64,000 nucleotides of DNA, from NCBI RefSeq assembly GCF_035594765.1, contig NW_026943825.1:5819802-5883801 (forward strand), given 5' to 3'. Both the position numbers and the translations under genes were made by a program. A model generated the notes under the pieces. The model saw only the letters and a program-made list of their open reading frames with translations, was not told the DNA's origin and searched no databases. Each line of letters starts with the position of its first letter. The stretch's first letter is position 1. Source of the stretch: Anolis carolinensis. Lineage: Eukaryota. Below are positions 20,555 to 32,700 of this stretch, piece by piece.

Positions 20555-22318
20555 CGTAATGCTTCTCATATATTAACCAACTGGATAAGTAAGGCATTTT
20601 TTCACCTTTCCAGTATGTTCAACATCTTAGACCAGGGGTCCTCATACTTTTTAATTGGAGGGCCGGTTCATGGTCCCTCAGGCTGTTGGGGGGCCGAACT
20701 ATGATTAACTGGTCCAGGGAGGCCGGACTATGATGAACTGGTCCAAAATTAGGATTGTTGTTGTTGTGTGCCCTCAAGTTGTTTCAGACTTAGGTCAACC
20801 CTAAATCTAAAGTTTAGGACGGGCCAGGTAAATGATCTTGGAGGGCCATATCTGGCCCACGGGCCTTTGTTCGGGGACCCATGTCTGTAAGTTTATTTGA
20901 AAAACGTAGGGAGAGAAAAATAGAAACTTTTGGCTATATTAAGTGATATTTTGGGGTGGGAACATTCCTGTTGGTCCTCCTTCTGGGGTGTACACAGTCT
21001 ACCCCATTGTTCAATATAGCACCTTGATATACAGACTATGATTCCATGCAAAAAATGCCATTACGGCTAGATCCACCTGAAGCCAGTGCACAGGTCAGTG
21101 TGTTTCTGTGCTGCGTGTTTGTGTCTGAAGGCAGGTTGCTGCCAGGGAGCATAAGTGGCTTTAGAGCTATGCTTAGAAATGTTGAAGACAGTGTGGCTGA
21201 CTGGACTTCTGGAAGGCAGAAAGTTGAAAGGGAGCAGACGTCTTGGGGAAGAGCATCACCAGGGGGTTTTAAGCATTTGATGTAGGTCTACTGTGAGGAT
21301 GACCCTTCTCTCTGCATAAACGGCAAGCAGTGTTCCAACGTGGTGGCGGCAATTTTTAAAAAAGGTTAAAATGTCAGGTGAGCAGCACCTGTCTTAATGG
21401 AGCCGGTGATGATGCTGTTAGTTCCTGAAAATGGCAAAGCAAGGCGCATGGCCAGTAGTAACTGGGAATGAATCTGACCTTGTGCTGTGTTGGACTGGCT
21501 ATCAGCCAGAAGTTTAAAATTCATCTACAGGCTTCATGATGCGTGTCAATAGTGCTCCTTTTGTTGAGCTGCAGGCTATATGTTTCTGTAGGCCCAGAAT
21601 ATACCACCTTCCTGTGTTTGTTCAGGAAGGAATTCTGAGCTGACTGAGCCTGAGTCTTCATACCTCTCGGACCCAAAAAGGCCAATCCTGTGAGATCTCC
21701 TACATGGAGCCCATCTGACCTCTCATCAGGGGAAAACAACACATTCAAAACAGCAGCCCCTCTCCCAAGATTGATGAGCTGTGGGTGTCATGGTCACTAT
21801 CAGAGACCATTTCCCCAAACCTCCAATAATTGTTCACATTGGTTTCCAAGCCTCTGTAAGCATTTCTTTAGCTTCTTTCAACACAGTTGTGGCAGCTGAT
21901 TTAATTGGGGTGTTCCAGAGAGCACTTTGTCTATGCAGCTGCCAGCTTCCAAAGAGAATATTGTTGGGATCTAGGAGTATCATTCTATAGGCCTGCTGGT
22001 GTATTTCTAGTTCTTGCTGCCAATGCTGTACAATCAGGAAACATCTGCTGCCGCCAAGCATTTTGCTTCCCAAGCTGCTGGCTTGGCTGATTGGCATTAA
22101 GATAGAGGGTTGACCCCACCTTTTTTGTGGTGAAAAATAATATGGCACAAGGAAGCGTTTGTTCATCTCCTGCACTATGAGTTGTGGCGGACTGATCCAG
22201 CTGGTCGTTCCCTGGCTTGTTTCCATTCCCACTTAAAAAGTCTGACCTGCTGTGCTTTTGCTGTGAACTGTTCTTAACAAACCTTTATAGCTGCCCTTCT
22301 TGCGTCTGTTTCTTCAAG

Positions 22319-22971
22319 GCAAACGAATGCGCGTGCAGTTGTCCACCAGCCGGCTCAGGACCGCGCCCGGGATGGGAGACAAGAGTGGCTGCTACCGGTG
22401 TGGGAAGGAGGGTCACTGGTCTAAAGAGTGCCCGGTCGATCGCACGGGGCAAGTGCCCGAGTTGACCGAAACCTATAGCGAGCAATACGGAGTGGTGCGC
22501 ACCCCCTACCCTACGGGCTATGGGGACCCCGTGTATTACGATGACCCTTACGGAATGGTGGATTACTATAAACGGTACCGCGCGAGGTCGGCCGCGGCGT
22601 ACGGGGCTTCTGCATACGACGCTTATGCAGAGCAAACCATGGCCCAGTATTCCCAGTATGCCCAGTATTCGCAAGCCACGGCTATGGCCAGCCGCCTCAC
22701 TACCGCCTTAGACCCCTACGAGAGGGCCTTGCTTCCAGCCTCGGGAACTGCGGTGGCGGTTGCTGCCGCCGCCGCTGCGGCCGCGACCTCTTCCTTTTAC
22801 ACCCGGGATAGAAGCCCTCTGCGTCGCTCGGCCGCCGTGGCTTCCACCACCGGAGACGTGTACGGATACGAGCGGGTTCAGCTATCTCCCGTCCCGCGAT
22901 CCTCCCTCTACGATGTCCAGCGGTTCGGGCGGGATGCAGGCGCGGACAGGTTGCGGTACTCCGCGTTTTGA
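22319..22971 (+). CDS. RBM4: RBM4 second coding exon (CCHC knuckle, Ala-rich C-terminus); spliced protein 354 aa
   Basis: [45 protein letters not shown] stop; donor GAG|GTGAGC at 22980. Confidence 0.95.
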
Positions 22972-24536
22972 GTCTGGAGGTGAGCGCGTTTTTTCATGAA
23001 TCGCTTGGAGGAGGAGGAGGGAGGGTGGCCCATTGGTGCAGCTGCCAATGAAACCTGGGAAGGTGGCTGGCCCTGTACGTCTCAGGCGGATATCAGCTGG
23101 TATCTGTGGAGTTCTGGATCCTGCTGCAGGTAGTAGCTGCATACTAGTGATTAGCAAAATTGGAGTAAGCTGTGCTGCTGGCATGCATGGTGTTGTCCAG
23201 ACCTTGAGGGAAAGGGAGGACCTTGTTCATTTGCTATGGAATTGTACACCCAGGATTTGTTTCCTTGTGAAGAAAAGGCTCTCTTCTGTTAGCTCTAAGG
23301 ACCTAACTAGCTCTTGTCAGTTTTTCCTATTTCTTCCAAGCCCCTCTGCTCCTTCCTTATGGGTCCACAGCCTTGCCTTCTGTTCACAGGGCTGCCAGCT
23401 CTCTGTCCCACTCTCCTTGCATGTGTACATTGATGCAGCGGTGTCCACAATGATATTTATTTTTATGTTCAACAGAATATTTTCATCCCTTTCCTAGCAT
23501 TTTCCCTAGATTGATCCTTATCCCTACTGATTGCCACTCTTTTCCTCACCCAGGAGTGGGTGTAGATATTATTATTATTTATTTACCCTATTCATACACT
23601 GCCTTTCCCTACCCCGAAGGGGACTCAAGGCGGCTTGCATATGGCAGTTATTCAATGCCTTAATAGGAAAGCCATCATCGGAGCATGTCATTCCTATGGA
23701 ACTTAGCATGTTGCTTGAAATTAGTAAGGCCTTTTAGGCCACACGGCGTACATTAGAGAGATGCCTAAGGCCCTGTTGGTGTCTCTTGTCTGCAACAAGA
23801 TTGAAGCCGTTCCTTGAATGTCAGGTTTGCAGTATTCCCCCTACAGAGCAGGAGTGCCCATGACCCCTCCATATTTGCTAGAATAGGTTTTGCCTGGGAG
23901 TCAAAGCAGAGTGATCTGAAGGGGTCTGATTGTAGGGAAAGACCACACAGAAGGGCTCAGGGCTGATCTCTAGTTTTTTAAAACAACGGGAAAGATGCTC
24001 CATGGCCTGTGACTTTAAAGAGCCACTAGCAATCAGAGCAGAAGATAACGCAATTTAGTTTCCTTTCTTCCAGAGAAAATTGAGTAGTGGCACAGTCCCA
24101 GCTTCAATTCCCTACATCTCCAGTTTCAAAACAATCTTGGATGATGGGGCTGGGAAAGGGCATATGCCTGGTCATGTTGGTTAAGGGTTTCTGAGAAGTG
24201 TAAACAAAGCAGTAACTTCCAAACTGTGCAATCACTGGTCACAATTGGGTAAAGGCCAGCCAATGTGAGAAACATCCTTTGTAATTATTGCAGGAATGTG
24301 TTGGCAGTGCCCTTTCTGCCCTAGAACCATCTGCGAAGTAGTGGTTACAAATCTTTTTTTCCCTTCCTCTCACATCTCTTCCTTCCACAACTACATGCAG
24401 AGATGTAGTTGGGACATCATTCCTAGAAGCAAAGGCCGGCGTGTCGGACTCCTGCCCCGTCCATTGGTGGGTTTTCCTCTCGGCGCAGAGACCGTATCCC
24501 TGGGCCTTCAAATGAACTGTGTCTTTTATTTTTCAG

Positions 24537-24725
24537 GGAAGCTATTTGAGGGCTGGACGTCGGGTTCCTGTGGTACACGCCCGCGGCAAATACTGTGCCA
24601 GGCTTCACGATGTGTGTCGATTTGTGTTTAGCATGGCCTCACTTAGTGGACATTTTGTGCGTCTTTGAAACTTAGTGACAGCTAACTTCATTTTTTAAAT
24701 AAAAATCTTTCCCGGGAATTGCTTT
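24537..24725 (+). other. RBM4: Probable RBM4 3'UTR terminal exon
   Basis: Acceptor cttttatttttcag| at 24536; AATAAA at 24698-24703. Confidence 0.6.
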
Positions 24726-26186
24726 CGGGGGTCGGAAAGAGGGGCGAGGGCTGGCAAAGGAATTTGACCTCAGTGGGTCTCACACCCTCCCCTTTGGAGA
24801 AGCCCTGGTCGTTACTTTGTGGATTTCTATTGAGATCTAGGCACAAGCAGAGAGAGAGAGGCACACGGAGGCAAGGATCCTGTTTTGAGCCACTGCCTTT
24901 TCCCTCAACTCAGCCAGAGGTTTCCCCTTCCTCCTGAGCCAGCTGAATTTTGGAATTAAATACAAGTATTTCCTTTTTCTTTACCTACAAGAAGTCACCC
25001 ATGTACAAACTTGAGTTTTGGCCCTTCCTGTGGCATCCTACCCTTCATATATTGATATTAACCTGTGATTCTTTTTGTTCACTGAACACTCTTCACCTTT
25101 CCCCCCACCCACCCCACCTTCAAGAAAATAAAACATTTGTAACAGCCTCCTGGAGATTTGGGTCTCTCTGTTGCTCAGACTTAGAAATAAATTGGTTAGA
25201 AATCCAATACAGCTGCGGAGTGGGGTCGCCTCTGCCCCATTTCCTACACATGTCAAACCTTATGACATGGAACACTTTCACTGTGAGGTTAGGGAAAACA
25301 GGAAGTGAAGAGAAGGAATCTGCCTTCTGAGAAACAAAACAACATTGAACAGCACTATTTGGAGACTAATAGGTAAAATCAGTATTTTTGGGTTTTGGAA
25401 TGACCCATTCCCTCCTCATCAACATCGTTTCAGGGGTCTCTATGGCTGCTGCTAATAGAACCTTGGGATTCGGCACAACTATTTCTACAAACACATGAAA
25501 TCTTGCCACCACCTCCTCCAATCCTTACAGGAACACTACAGCAGGTCAGATGCCCAAATAATGCCTATACACCCCATAGTTGGGACGTGATGGCCTTGGA
25601 TGTGGGTGATGTAGGGCACAGCTGTGGCATTGAGAGTCCTGCATAATAGGGTTTGCTAGGTCAACAGGCCAGATGTGGGGAATAAATGGCATAGATACTG
25701 GGGTATAAAAGGTAAACAGAAAGGGCTGCAAAAGGCTACCAAGTCCAGTCCCCCATCATGCATGGCTACACAATTACAGCACTCCTGATAAAGGATAACA
25801 CTTTTTAACCTGTTTAATTAAAATAGTGAGAAATGTCACATTCTGCTACAGACACCAACAAATTAAGAAGAAATATCTTGCTGATTTCCAAATAGTGGCC
25901 TGAACTAGATAACCTGCAAATCTTACTCCTTTGGTATATGTCCACATATTCTAGTCCCATTTCGTGGCTGCTACCTGAATCTCCTTGTCTTTTATACCGT
26001 TTGTGATCTTCGGACCTCAGTAAAATCCCTCCTTGGTTCCTTTGGACCTCAGTAAAATCCCTCTTCTTTATATGTTTGTCAGGGAATTCAGCTGGGGGAA
26101 GAAAACTGGTAGAGGAATCTGGCATTTGTGTTGAAAGGTTGCCTTCCCAACTGCCATCTTGGTGCATATTCAAAGAGCAATACATC

Positions 26187-28808
26187 TTAAGTAAGAGGGG
26201 GGAGTCTCCTCTGGCTCCCTGTTCTTGCGTACCTCTTCAGGGCTCCTCCACGGCGCTGTTGCTGCAACCAGTACAGCATCTCCACTTTGTCCCATTGCAT
26301 CTTCTCCATGTAGGGCCGTCCCCGGAAAGTCACAGTGTCATTGAACTCCTTTTTGATCTCAGTCAGGACTTCATAGAGCTCAGAGTTAAACCAGGCCAGC
26401 TCCGTGTGCAGGCGGTCCCGTTTTCTGGATTCCTTCATCCGCACGGCAAAGGCCCGGGGCTCTTGGCTGAACAAGCGGTTTGGGTCCGACGCTGTCTGCT
26501 CAAAGCTTTCCAGTTCGGCCAGCAAGAGCTCCCGCTCCTGGATTAACTGGGCCGCCTCTTCCCACGCTTTGAGCATGTCGGGGAGGAAGAAGTAGTACTG
26601 GTTGGAGCTGTACTTGATGGCCATGTCAAGCCTCTCTGACTCTGAGAAATGAAGGACGGTCCAGAGCCTTTCCAGCCTTCTCTGCAGGGCCCGGAGATCC
26701 TCGGGCTTGTGGTCATAAGGAACAAGAACCCCCAATTCCATCTTTGCCGTGTTGTCAGCCTTCCACTGCCCCGTTTCAACTGATTCCTCCTTGAATTGGA
26801 CCTTGGCAGCTTTCTTAATCGAGATTCTCCTCACTTTCTCTTCTTGCTTGACTTCAGCCTCATGGATCGCCTGCTGCTGCAGCTCCTCCTCCTTGTCTCC
26901 ACCAATGCTGTACAGATGGAAAATCACCGGCAAAAAGTCAGACTCCTTGGTCGCGATGTAGTTCAGATAGTCATCAATGTTGAAGGTGTTCTTCCACCAT
27001 TTCAGCCAAGTCGCATGCTGTTTTTTACTCATGGGTTTCTTGATAGGGAGATTTGGAGTTTTCAGCGTGTCCACCACTTCCTCTGGGGAGAAAGGCCCAG
27101 CGGGCAGGATTTTAGCCAGCTCTTCGTTCACGACCTGCTCGCTTTCTTTCTTCCTCAGTGTTGAAGAAGCAAAGCAAGCGGAGAAATCTAGTTTTGTGGC
27201 ATGAGATTCTATCAAGGGCCCAAGGTCAAACTTTAGGTGGTCTTTTGGGACAGTATTCATCAGCTCCTTGTACATCCCCCGGACCTCTTCGCCAACAAAA
27301 AGGCTGGCGTCCAGAGACTGCAGAGTAGCATTGTTTATCTCCCCGAGGAGGTGATTGTAAATCAGGGAGCTCCTTTCCAGGACCACGGCCTCGGAGTAAA
27401 CTCTTTCCGAGACTTGCAGGTCGGCCGCCTTCACCACCATTTGCTCATGGACTTTGAAGTTCACTGTTGTCGCTTGTGGGTGGGAGGCCGGCGCGGCGAT
27501 AATGGTATTTCTCCGCTTCAACTCAGAGCTCTCTTCATACCGCAAGGAAGCCAGCGTCCTCTGGAGGTGCTCCAGCCGGGCCTCGTTGGCCTTGCGCCGC
27601 GTCAAGACCTTCAGGAGCGGAGGGAGGTCCAAGCCGTCTTCTTCCTCTTCTTTCCACTGCCCGCTCCTCAGGATGGACCCCTGCACCAGTCTCCGCAGAT
27701 CGTCCGCCAAGCTGACCGCCTCCATGCGCTCCTCGTCATCCACGTAGTGGAAGGGCAAATCTGGAGTGAGGCGCCGAGGCGTGATGCAGATCCCTAACTC
27801 GTCCGCTAGCAGCCGCCCGGCTCGCATATTGGGCATGGAGTAGCTCCTGAAAAGGCGAGCCTTCTTCTCTGCCTCTGGTTTGCTTTTGTCCCTCGCCGGA
27901 CATGGCATGGTGATGGCGGCGCATGACGTAGCCCTGATGTTGCCTTCCATCCCAGGGAGCTGCATCTGCTTGATTATGCTCAAATCCAATGGAGGGATCT
28001 CCTCCAGCTCCTTGATGTCCTGAGCTCTTTTTTGCCTCAGAGCCTGCGTGCGGGGCCGAGTGAGCCGGATGAAGTGCCCAATGGTGAATCCCAGGCGGCA
28101 GCCTATTGCGCGGGCCGGGTGCTCGCCAATGAGGGTCGTCTTGCGCAGGGACAGAGCCCGGTACCCACGCGGAGCCTTCATCTCCACCACGAGGTGATGC
28201 CGCACGACCTCGATGTCCAGGAAGCGGGTGCAGTCCAGGGCAAGTTGGGCGGAGAAGCGGGTGAGGTTGGCGCAGTCGGTGAAGACGTTGAGCGAGCGGT
28301 GCTGCTCCATGAGGCACAGGTAGTGGAGGAAGAGGTGCTGCGAGACCAGGCCGACGTAGGTCACCAAGTGCTGGTACAGCTCCCGGTTGGTGTGGGCCTC
28401 GAAGGCCGGGTTGTAGAGGCTGCGCTGGACCTCCACGTAGGCGTGCCGCACTTCGGTCAAGATGACTTCCCGGAAGGTGCGCTGATGCACCGCTGGGATG
28501 TGTTTGGCCCAGTGCGGGCCGAGCTCCATCTTGTTCCTGACCAGCTGCAGCAGCGCAGCTTGGGAGATGGGCACCGGGGTGCGCCTCGGGGATGACGGCG
28601 AGGCCAGTGCGGGGCCTAAGGGGGCGGCGAAGGAGACATCCGGCTCGGCCTCAGCTGGGAGTGAGGCCTGCACTCGAGAGTGAGTGGTCGGGAAGAGCGA
28701 CAAGGGGTCCAACAAGCGGCGGTACTGGGCATGCAGGCGCTGGGCCACGGCCTCTGTGTCCTCCAAGGGGTACCGCAAGTGAGCGGCGGCATACACCCGC
28801 CTCGACAT
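26187..28808 (-). CDS. CCDC87: Coiled-coil domain-containing protein 87, single coding exon, about 873 aa
   Basis: Long intronless ORF; C-terminal LQRRLERLWTVLHF...RLDMAIKYSS region; head-to-head with CCS as in mammals; first ATG at 28808. Confidence 0.88.
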   Translation of the reverse strand: MSRRVYAAAHLRYPLEDTEAVAQRLHAQYRRLLDPLSLFPTTHSRVQASLPAEAEPDVSFAAPLGPALASPSSPRRTPVPISQAALLQLVRNKMELGPHWAKHIPAVHQRTFREVILTEVRHAYVEVQRSLYNPAFEAHTNRELYQHLVTYVGLVSQHLFLHYLCLMEQHRSLNVFTDCANLTRFSAQLALDCTRFLDIEVVRHHLVVEMKAPRGYRALSLRKTTLIGEHPARAIGCRLGFTIGHFIRLTRPRTQALRQKRAQDIKELEEIPPLDLSIIKQMQLPGMEGNIRATSCAAITMPCPARDKSKPEAEKKARLFRSYSMPNMRAGRLLADELGICITPRRLTPDLPFHYVDDEERMEAVSLADDLRRLVQGSILRSGQWKEEEEDGLDLPPLLKVLTRRKANEARLEHLQRTLASLRYEESSELKRRNTIIAAPASHPQATTVNFKVHEQMVVKAADLQVSERVYSEAVVLERSSLIYNHLLGEINNATLQSLDASLFVGEEVRGMYKELMNTVPKDHLKFDLGPLIESHATKLDFSACFASSTLRKKESEQVVNEELAKILPAGPFSPEEVVDTLKTPNLPIKKPMSKKQHATWLKWWKNTFNIDDYLNYIATKESDFLPVIFHLYSIGGDKEEELQQQAIHEAEVKQEEKVRRISIKKAAKVQFKEESVETGQWKADNTAKMELGVLVPYDHKPEDLRALQRRLERLWTVLHFSESERLDMAIKYSSNQYYFFLPDMLKAWEEAAQLIQERELLLAELESFEQTASDPNRLFSQEPRAFAVRMKESRKRDRLHTELAWFNSELYEVLTEIKKEFNDTVTFRGRPYMEKMQWDKVEMLYWLQQQRRGGALKRYARTGSQRRLPPLT

Positions 28809-28818
28809 TTTTCCGAGC

Positions 28819-29621
28819 GGCCTGGTCACCACAGCGACGCGTAGTCCTGGTCACCACAGCGAGGCGTAGGCCTGGTCACCACAGCGAGGCGTAGGCCTGG
28901 TCACCACAGCGACACGTAGTTCTGGTCACCACAGCGAAGTTCAGGCCTGGTCGTCACAGCGACGCGTAGTCCTGGTCGCCACAGCGATGCGTAGTCCTGG
29001 CCACCACAGCAAAGTCCAGGCCTGGTCACCACAGCGACGCGTAGTCCTGGTCACAACAGTGACATGTAGTCCTGGTCACCACAGCGAGGCGTAGTCCTGG
29101 TCACCACAGCGAAGCCAAGGCCTGGTCACCACAACGATGCGCAGGCCTCGTCACCACAGCGAGGCGCAGGCCGGGTCACCACAACGAAGCCAAGGCCTGG
29201 TCACCACAGCGACGCGTAGTCCTGGTCACCAAAGCGAAGCCCAGGCCTCGTCACCACAGCGAAGCCCAGGCCTCGTCACCACAGCGAAGCCCAGGCCTCG
29301 TCACCACAGCCAAGCCCAGGCCTCGTCACCACAGCCAAGCCCAGGCCTCGTCACCACAGCCAAGCCCAGGCCTGGTCACCACAGCCAAGCCCAGGCCTGG
29401 TCACCACAGCCAAGCCCAGGCCTCGTCACCACAGCCAAGCCCAGGCCTGGTCACCACAGCCAAGCCCAGGCCTGGTCACCACAGCCAAGCCCAGGCCTCG
29501 TCACCACAGCCAAGCCCAGGCCTCGTCACCACAGCCAAGCCCAGGCCTCGTCACCACAGCGAGGCGCAGGCCTGGTCACCAAAGCGAAGCCCAGGCCTGG
29601 TCACCACAGCCAAGCCCAGGC
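28819..29621. repeat. 25-bp GC-rich minisatellite, about 32 units, between the CCDC87 and CCS starts
   Basis: Unit cctggtcaccacagc(g/c)aagcccagg and variants; translation repeats every 25 aa (3 units). Confidence 0.95.
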
Positions 29622-29792
29622 CGTGTTGTCGCCTCATCCGTCGCCAAGGTTACCGCTCTCCGCAGAACGGGGAGGCCTTTAGGAACGGAACTGAAGCAAC
29701 AGTAATAAGCCCCGCCCCCTCGCGTGTCGCCTTCAAAGGAGTCCGGCGGGGTACATTTACCTTCCTGAGGAGAAATACCGTCGAAGGCAGCG

Positions 29793-32700
29793 ATGGCAGG
29801 AGCTCCAGGCGGAGAGGGAGGCGTCGCCTGCAAGGTGGAAGGGAATAGGGTCGTTGTTGTTGTTGTCGTGGCGGTTTTCTGGGCCTTAGAAGTCGAAGCC
29901 AGAACTCTCCATGTGGCGAGCCCAGGCCTGGGCTGACTTGGGCCTTCCAAGGGCCGGAGGCTGTGAGGAATGATGGGAGTTGAAGTCCAAACCCCTGAAG
30001 GGAAGGCCCAAGTAGGCCCAGGCCTGTACCAGTAAGTTGTTGTGAGTCCAGACTGTCTGGCCATGTTCTAGAAGCATTCTCTTCTGACCTTTCGCCCACA
30101 TCTGTGGCAGGCATCCTCAGAGGTTGTGAGGTCTGTTGGAAGCTAAGTAAGTGAGATTTATATTATCAGTGGTGGGGAGAAGGAAGTCGTGTCTGCTTGA
30201 GGTACGTGTGAATGTTGCCATTTGCCACCTTGATTAGCTTTTTAAGGGCCCGTAGTTTCAAGGTCTGGCTGCTTCCTGCCTGGGGGGAATCCTTTATTGG
30301 GAGGTGTTAGCTGGCCCTGATTGATTCTTGTCTGGAACTCTCCTCCCCCCCTGCTTTTTGAGTCTTGCTCTTTATTTGCTGTCTTGATTTTTACCCAATC
30401 TACTTTTACAACCTCTCCATTTTAATCCATGTTTTTATTAGTTTTTGTCATTTATTTTTATTGGGTAATGTTTACGTTTTTATAATTGTGCATGTCTCTT
30501 GTCTATTGTTGTGTTTTATATTACTATTGTTTTTATTCGGCCTTGGCCCCCATGTAAGCCGCCCTGAGTCCCCTTTGGGGAGATAGAGGCGGGGTATAAA
30601 AATAAAGTTATTATTATTATTTATTATTGATTTTAGAGGGTTTTTTAATACAAGCAACCAGGTTGTGTTCATTTTCTTTCTGTTGAAATTGTCCATATGC
30701 TTGTGGATTTCAGTGGCGTCTCGGTGTCATCTGACGTGGTCGTTGTTGGAGTGTTGTTGTATGTTTTCCGGGCTGTATGGCCATGTTCCAGAAGCATTCT
30801 CTCTTGACGTTTCACCCACATCTATGGCAGGCATCCTCAGAGGTTGTGAGGAGTTGTTGGAGTGGTTCAGCGTTTCTGTGTTCTCAAATAATATGCTGTG
30901 TCCAGGGTTGGTTCATCAAGTGCTCTGCTGTGGCTGACTTCTCTGGTTGAATCAGTCTGCAGTTTTCTTTCTCTGTGTGTTTGTGTGTGTGTCAGGAGCG
31001 ACTTGAGAAACTGCAAGTCACTTCTGGTGTGAGAGAATTGGCTGTCTGCAAGGACGTTGCCCAGGGGACATGGTCCGGATGTTTTACCATCCCTGTTGGA
31101 GGATTCTCTCATGTCCCCGCATTTATTTATTTGCTACATTTATATCCCGCCCTTCTCACCCCGAAGGGGACTCAGAGCGGCTTACAAATTAAATTTACAT
31201 ACAATATTATATTATTAGCATAGTACAATACTGGTAATAAATTACTATATTGTACTGTATCAATATATGGTAATATTATTAGTAATATTACATGTAAAAT
31301 AGAATATATAATTAATATTATTATATTGTATTATTAGTATTATTTCGTATTACAATATAATATTATGAATATTATATGTATATATAATATACTAGCTGTG
31401 CCCGACCACGCGTTGCTGTGGCGAAATATGGTGGTATGGGAAATAAAAGTATTGAGGAATTGGTGGTAGTTAAGGTAAAGGGTAAAGGTTTTCCCCTGAC
31501 ATTAAGTCCAGTTGTGTCCGACTGTACACTGAAGTAGATTGTATGGCAGTGTGGAGTCAAGATAATCCAGTTCAAAGCAGATAATATAAAATTATAAATG
31601 GGTTATATAGCTGTGTGGAAGGGCCTTGAGTCTACACTGCCATATAATCCAGTTCAAATCAGATAATCTGTATTTTATAGTGGGGAAGAGGCCTAAGTGA
31701 GGCCTAACTCTGCCTGTCCCCTGGGCTGAGTGGGTTGCTAGGAGACCAAGTGGGCGAAGCTTAGCCTTTAACTGGCAACAATTGGATAAAAACAATTATC
31801 CCTCTCCCTCTAATTAGGACTTTATTTTCCTTTTCTTTTTGTTGTATGAACGTAGAGGCATGGATGAGGGGTTGTGCTGCCAAGTTTAGTGTTTCTGGGA
31901 TGTGTAGTTTTGTTGTTTTGTCCTAGGCCGAAATTTCATTACCCTTTTATATATATAGATTATTAGTATTATATCGTATTATGCACCAGGCCGTTCTTTG
32001 TTCAGCTCATGACAAGAGGACATAAGCACGGCCAGAAAATCATTCACCATCCATTATTCAGGGCATCTGGGACATGAGAGAAGCCTCCCACAAGGATGTT
32101 AAAAACATCAAAAACATCCGGGCGTCCCCTGGGCAACGTCCTTGCAGACGGCCAATTCTCTCACTCCAGAAGCGACTCAAGTTGCTCCTGACACGGAAAA
32201 AAAAACAACAAGATAATATTATGAATATTATATGTATATATAATATATTATTGCTGGAGCTGTTAGAGGGACCTCATCCATGCTCCCCTGGGGTTGGATT
32301 CGCACTGGCAACCTTCAGGTCAGCAACCCTGCCAGCACAAGGGTTTAATCCACCTGCCAGCATGGGCTCCTTGAGTCTCCTGAAAGTCTGCAGTGCCTTT
32401 CATGTTCCTTGATTTGTGTCTGGGCAATTCTGCTGCGTTTGTAGACTTGTCCACAGCTGGTATACGGTAGACTCCTGCAGAGGTGGGAGGATCCCTCTTG
32501 TCCTTTGCTGATCGGAGCATTTGTTGGATTTTCTTCATGAGTCTGTAGATTGTTTGTATGTTGTGCGTCTTCTGTTTGTATGTTGTGCGTCTTCATCAGC
32601 TTCCCTATGCAGTCAGTGGTTCTCTTGATGTATGCATGATAAGAACACTTTTCTTCTGGGTGGGTCTTTGTCTTGACTCTCGTGGCTTGTTCTTGGCCTT

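Noticed and set aside
28819-29682. 181-aa repetitive ORF or CRISPR-like array
   Set aside because: Eukaryotic minisatellite without unique spacers; the ORF arises from stop-free units.
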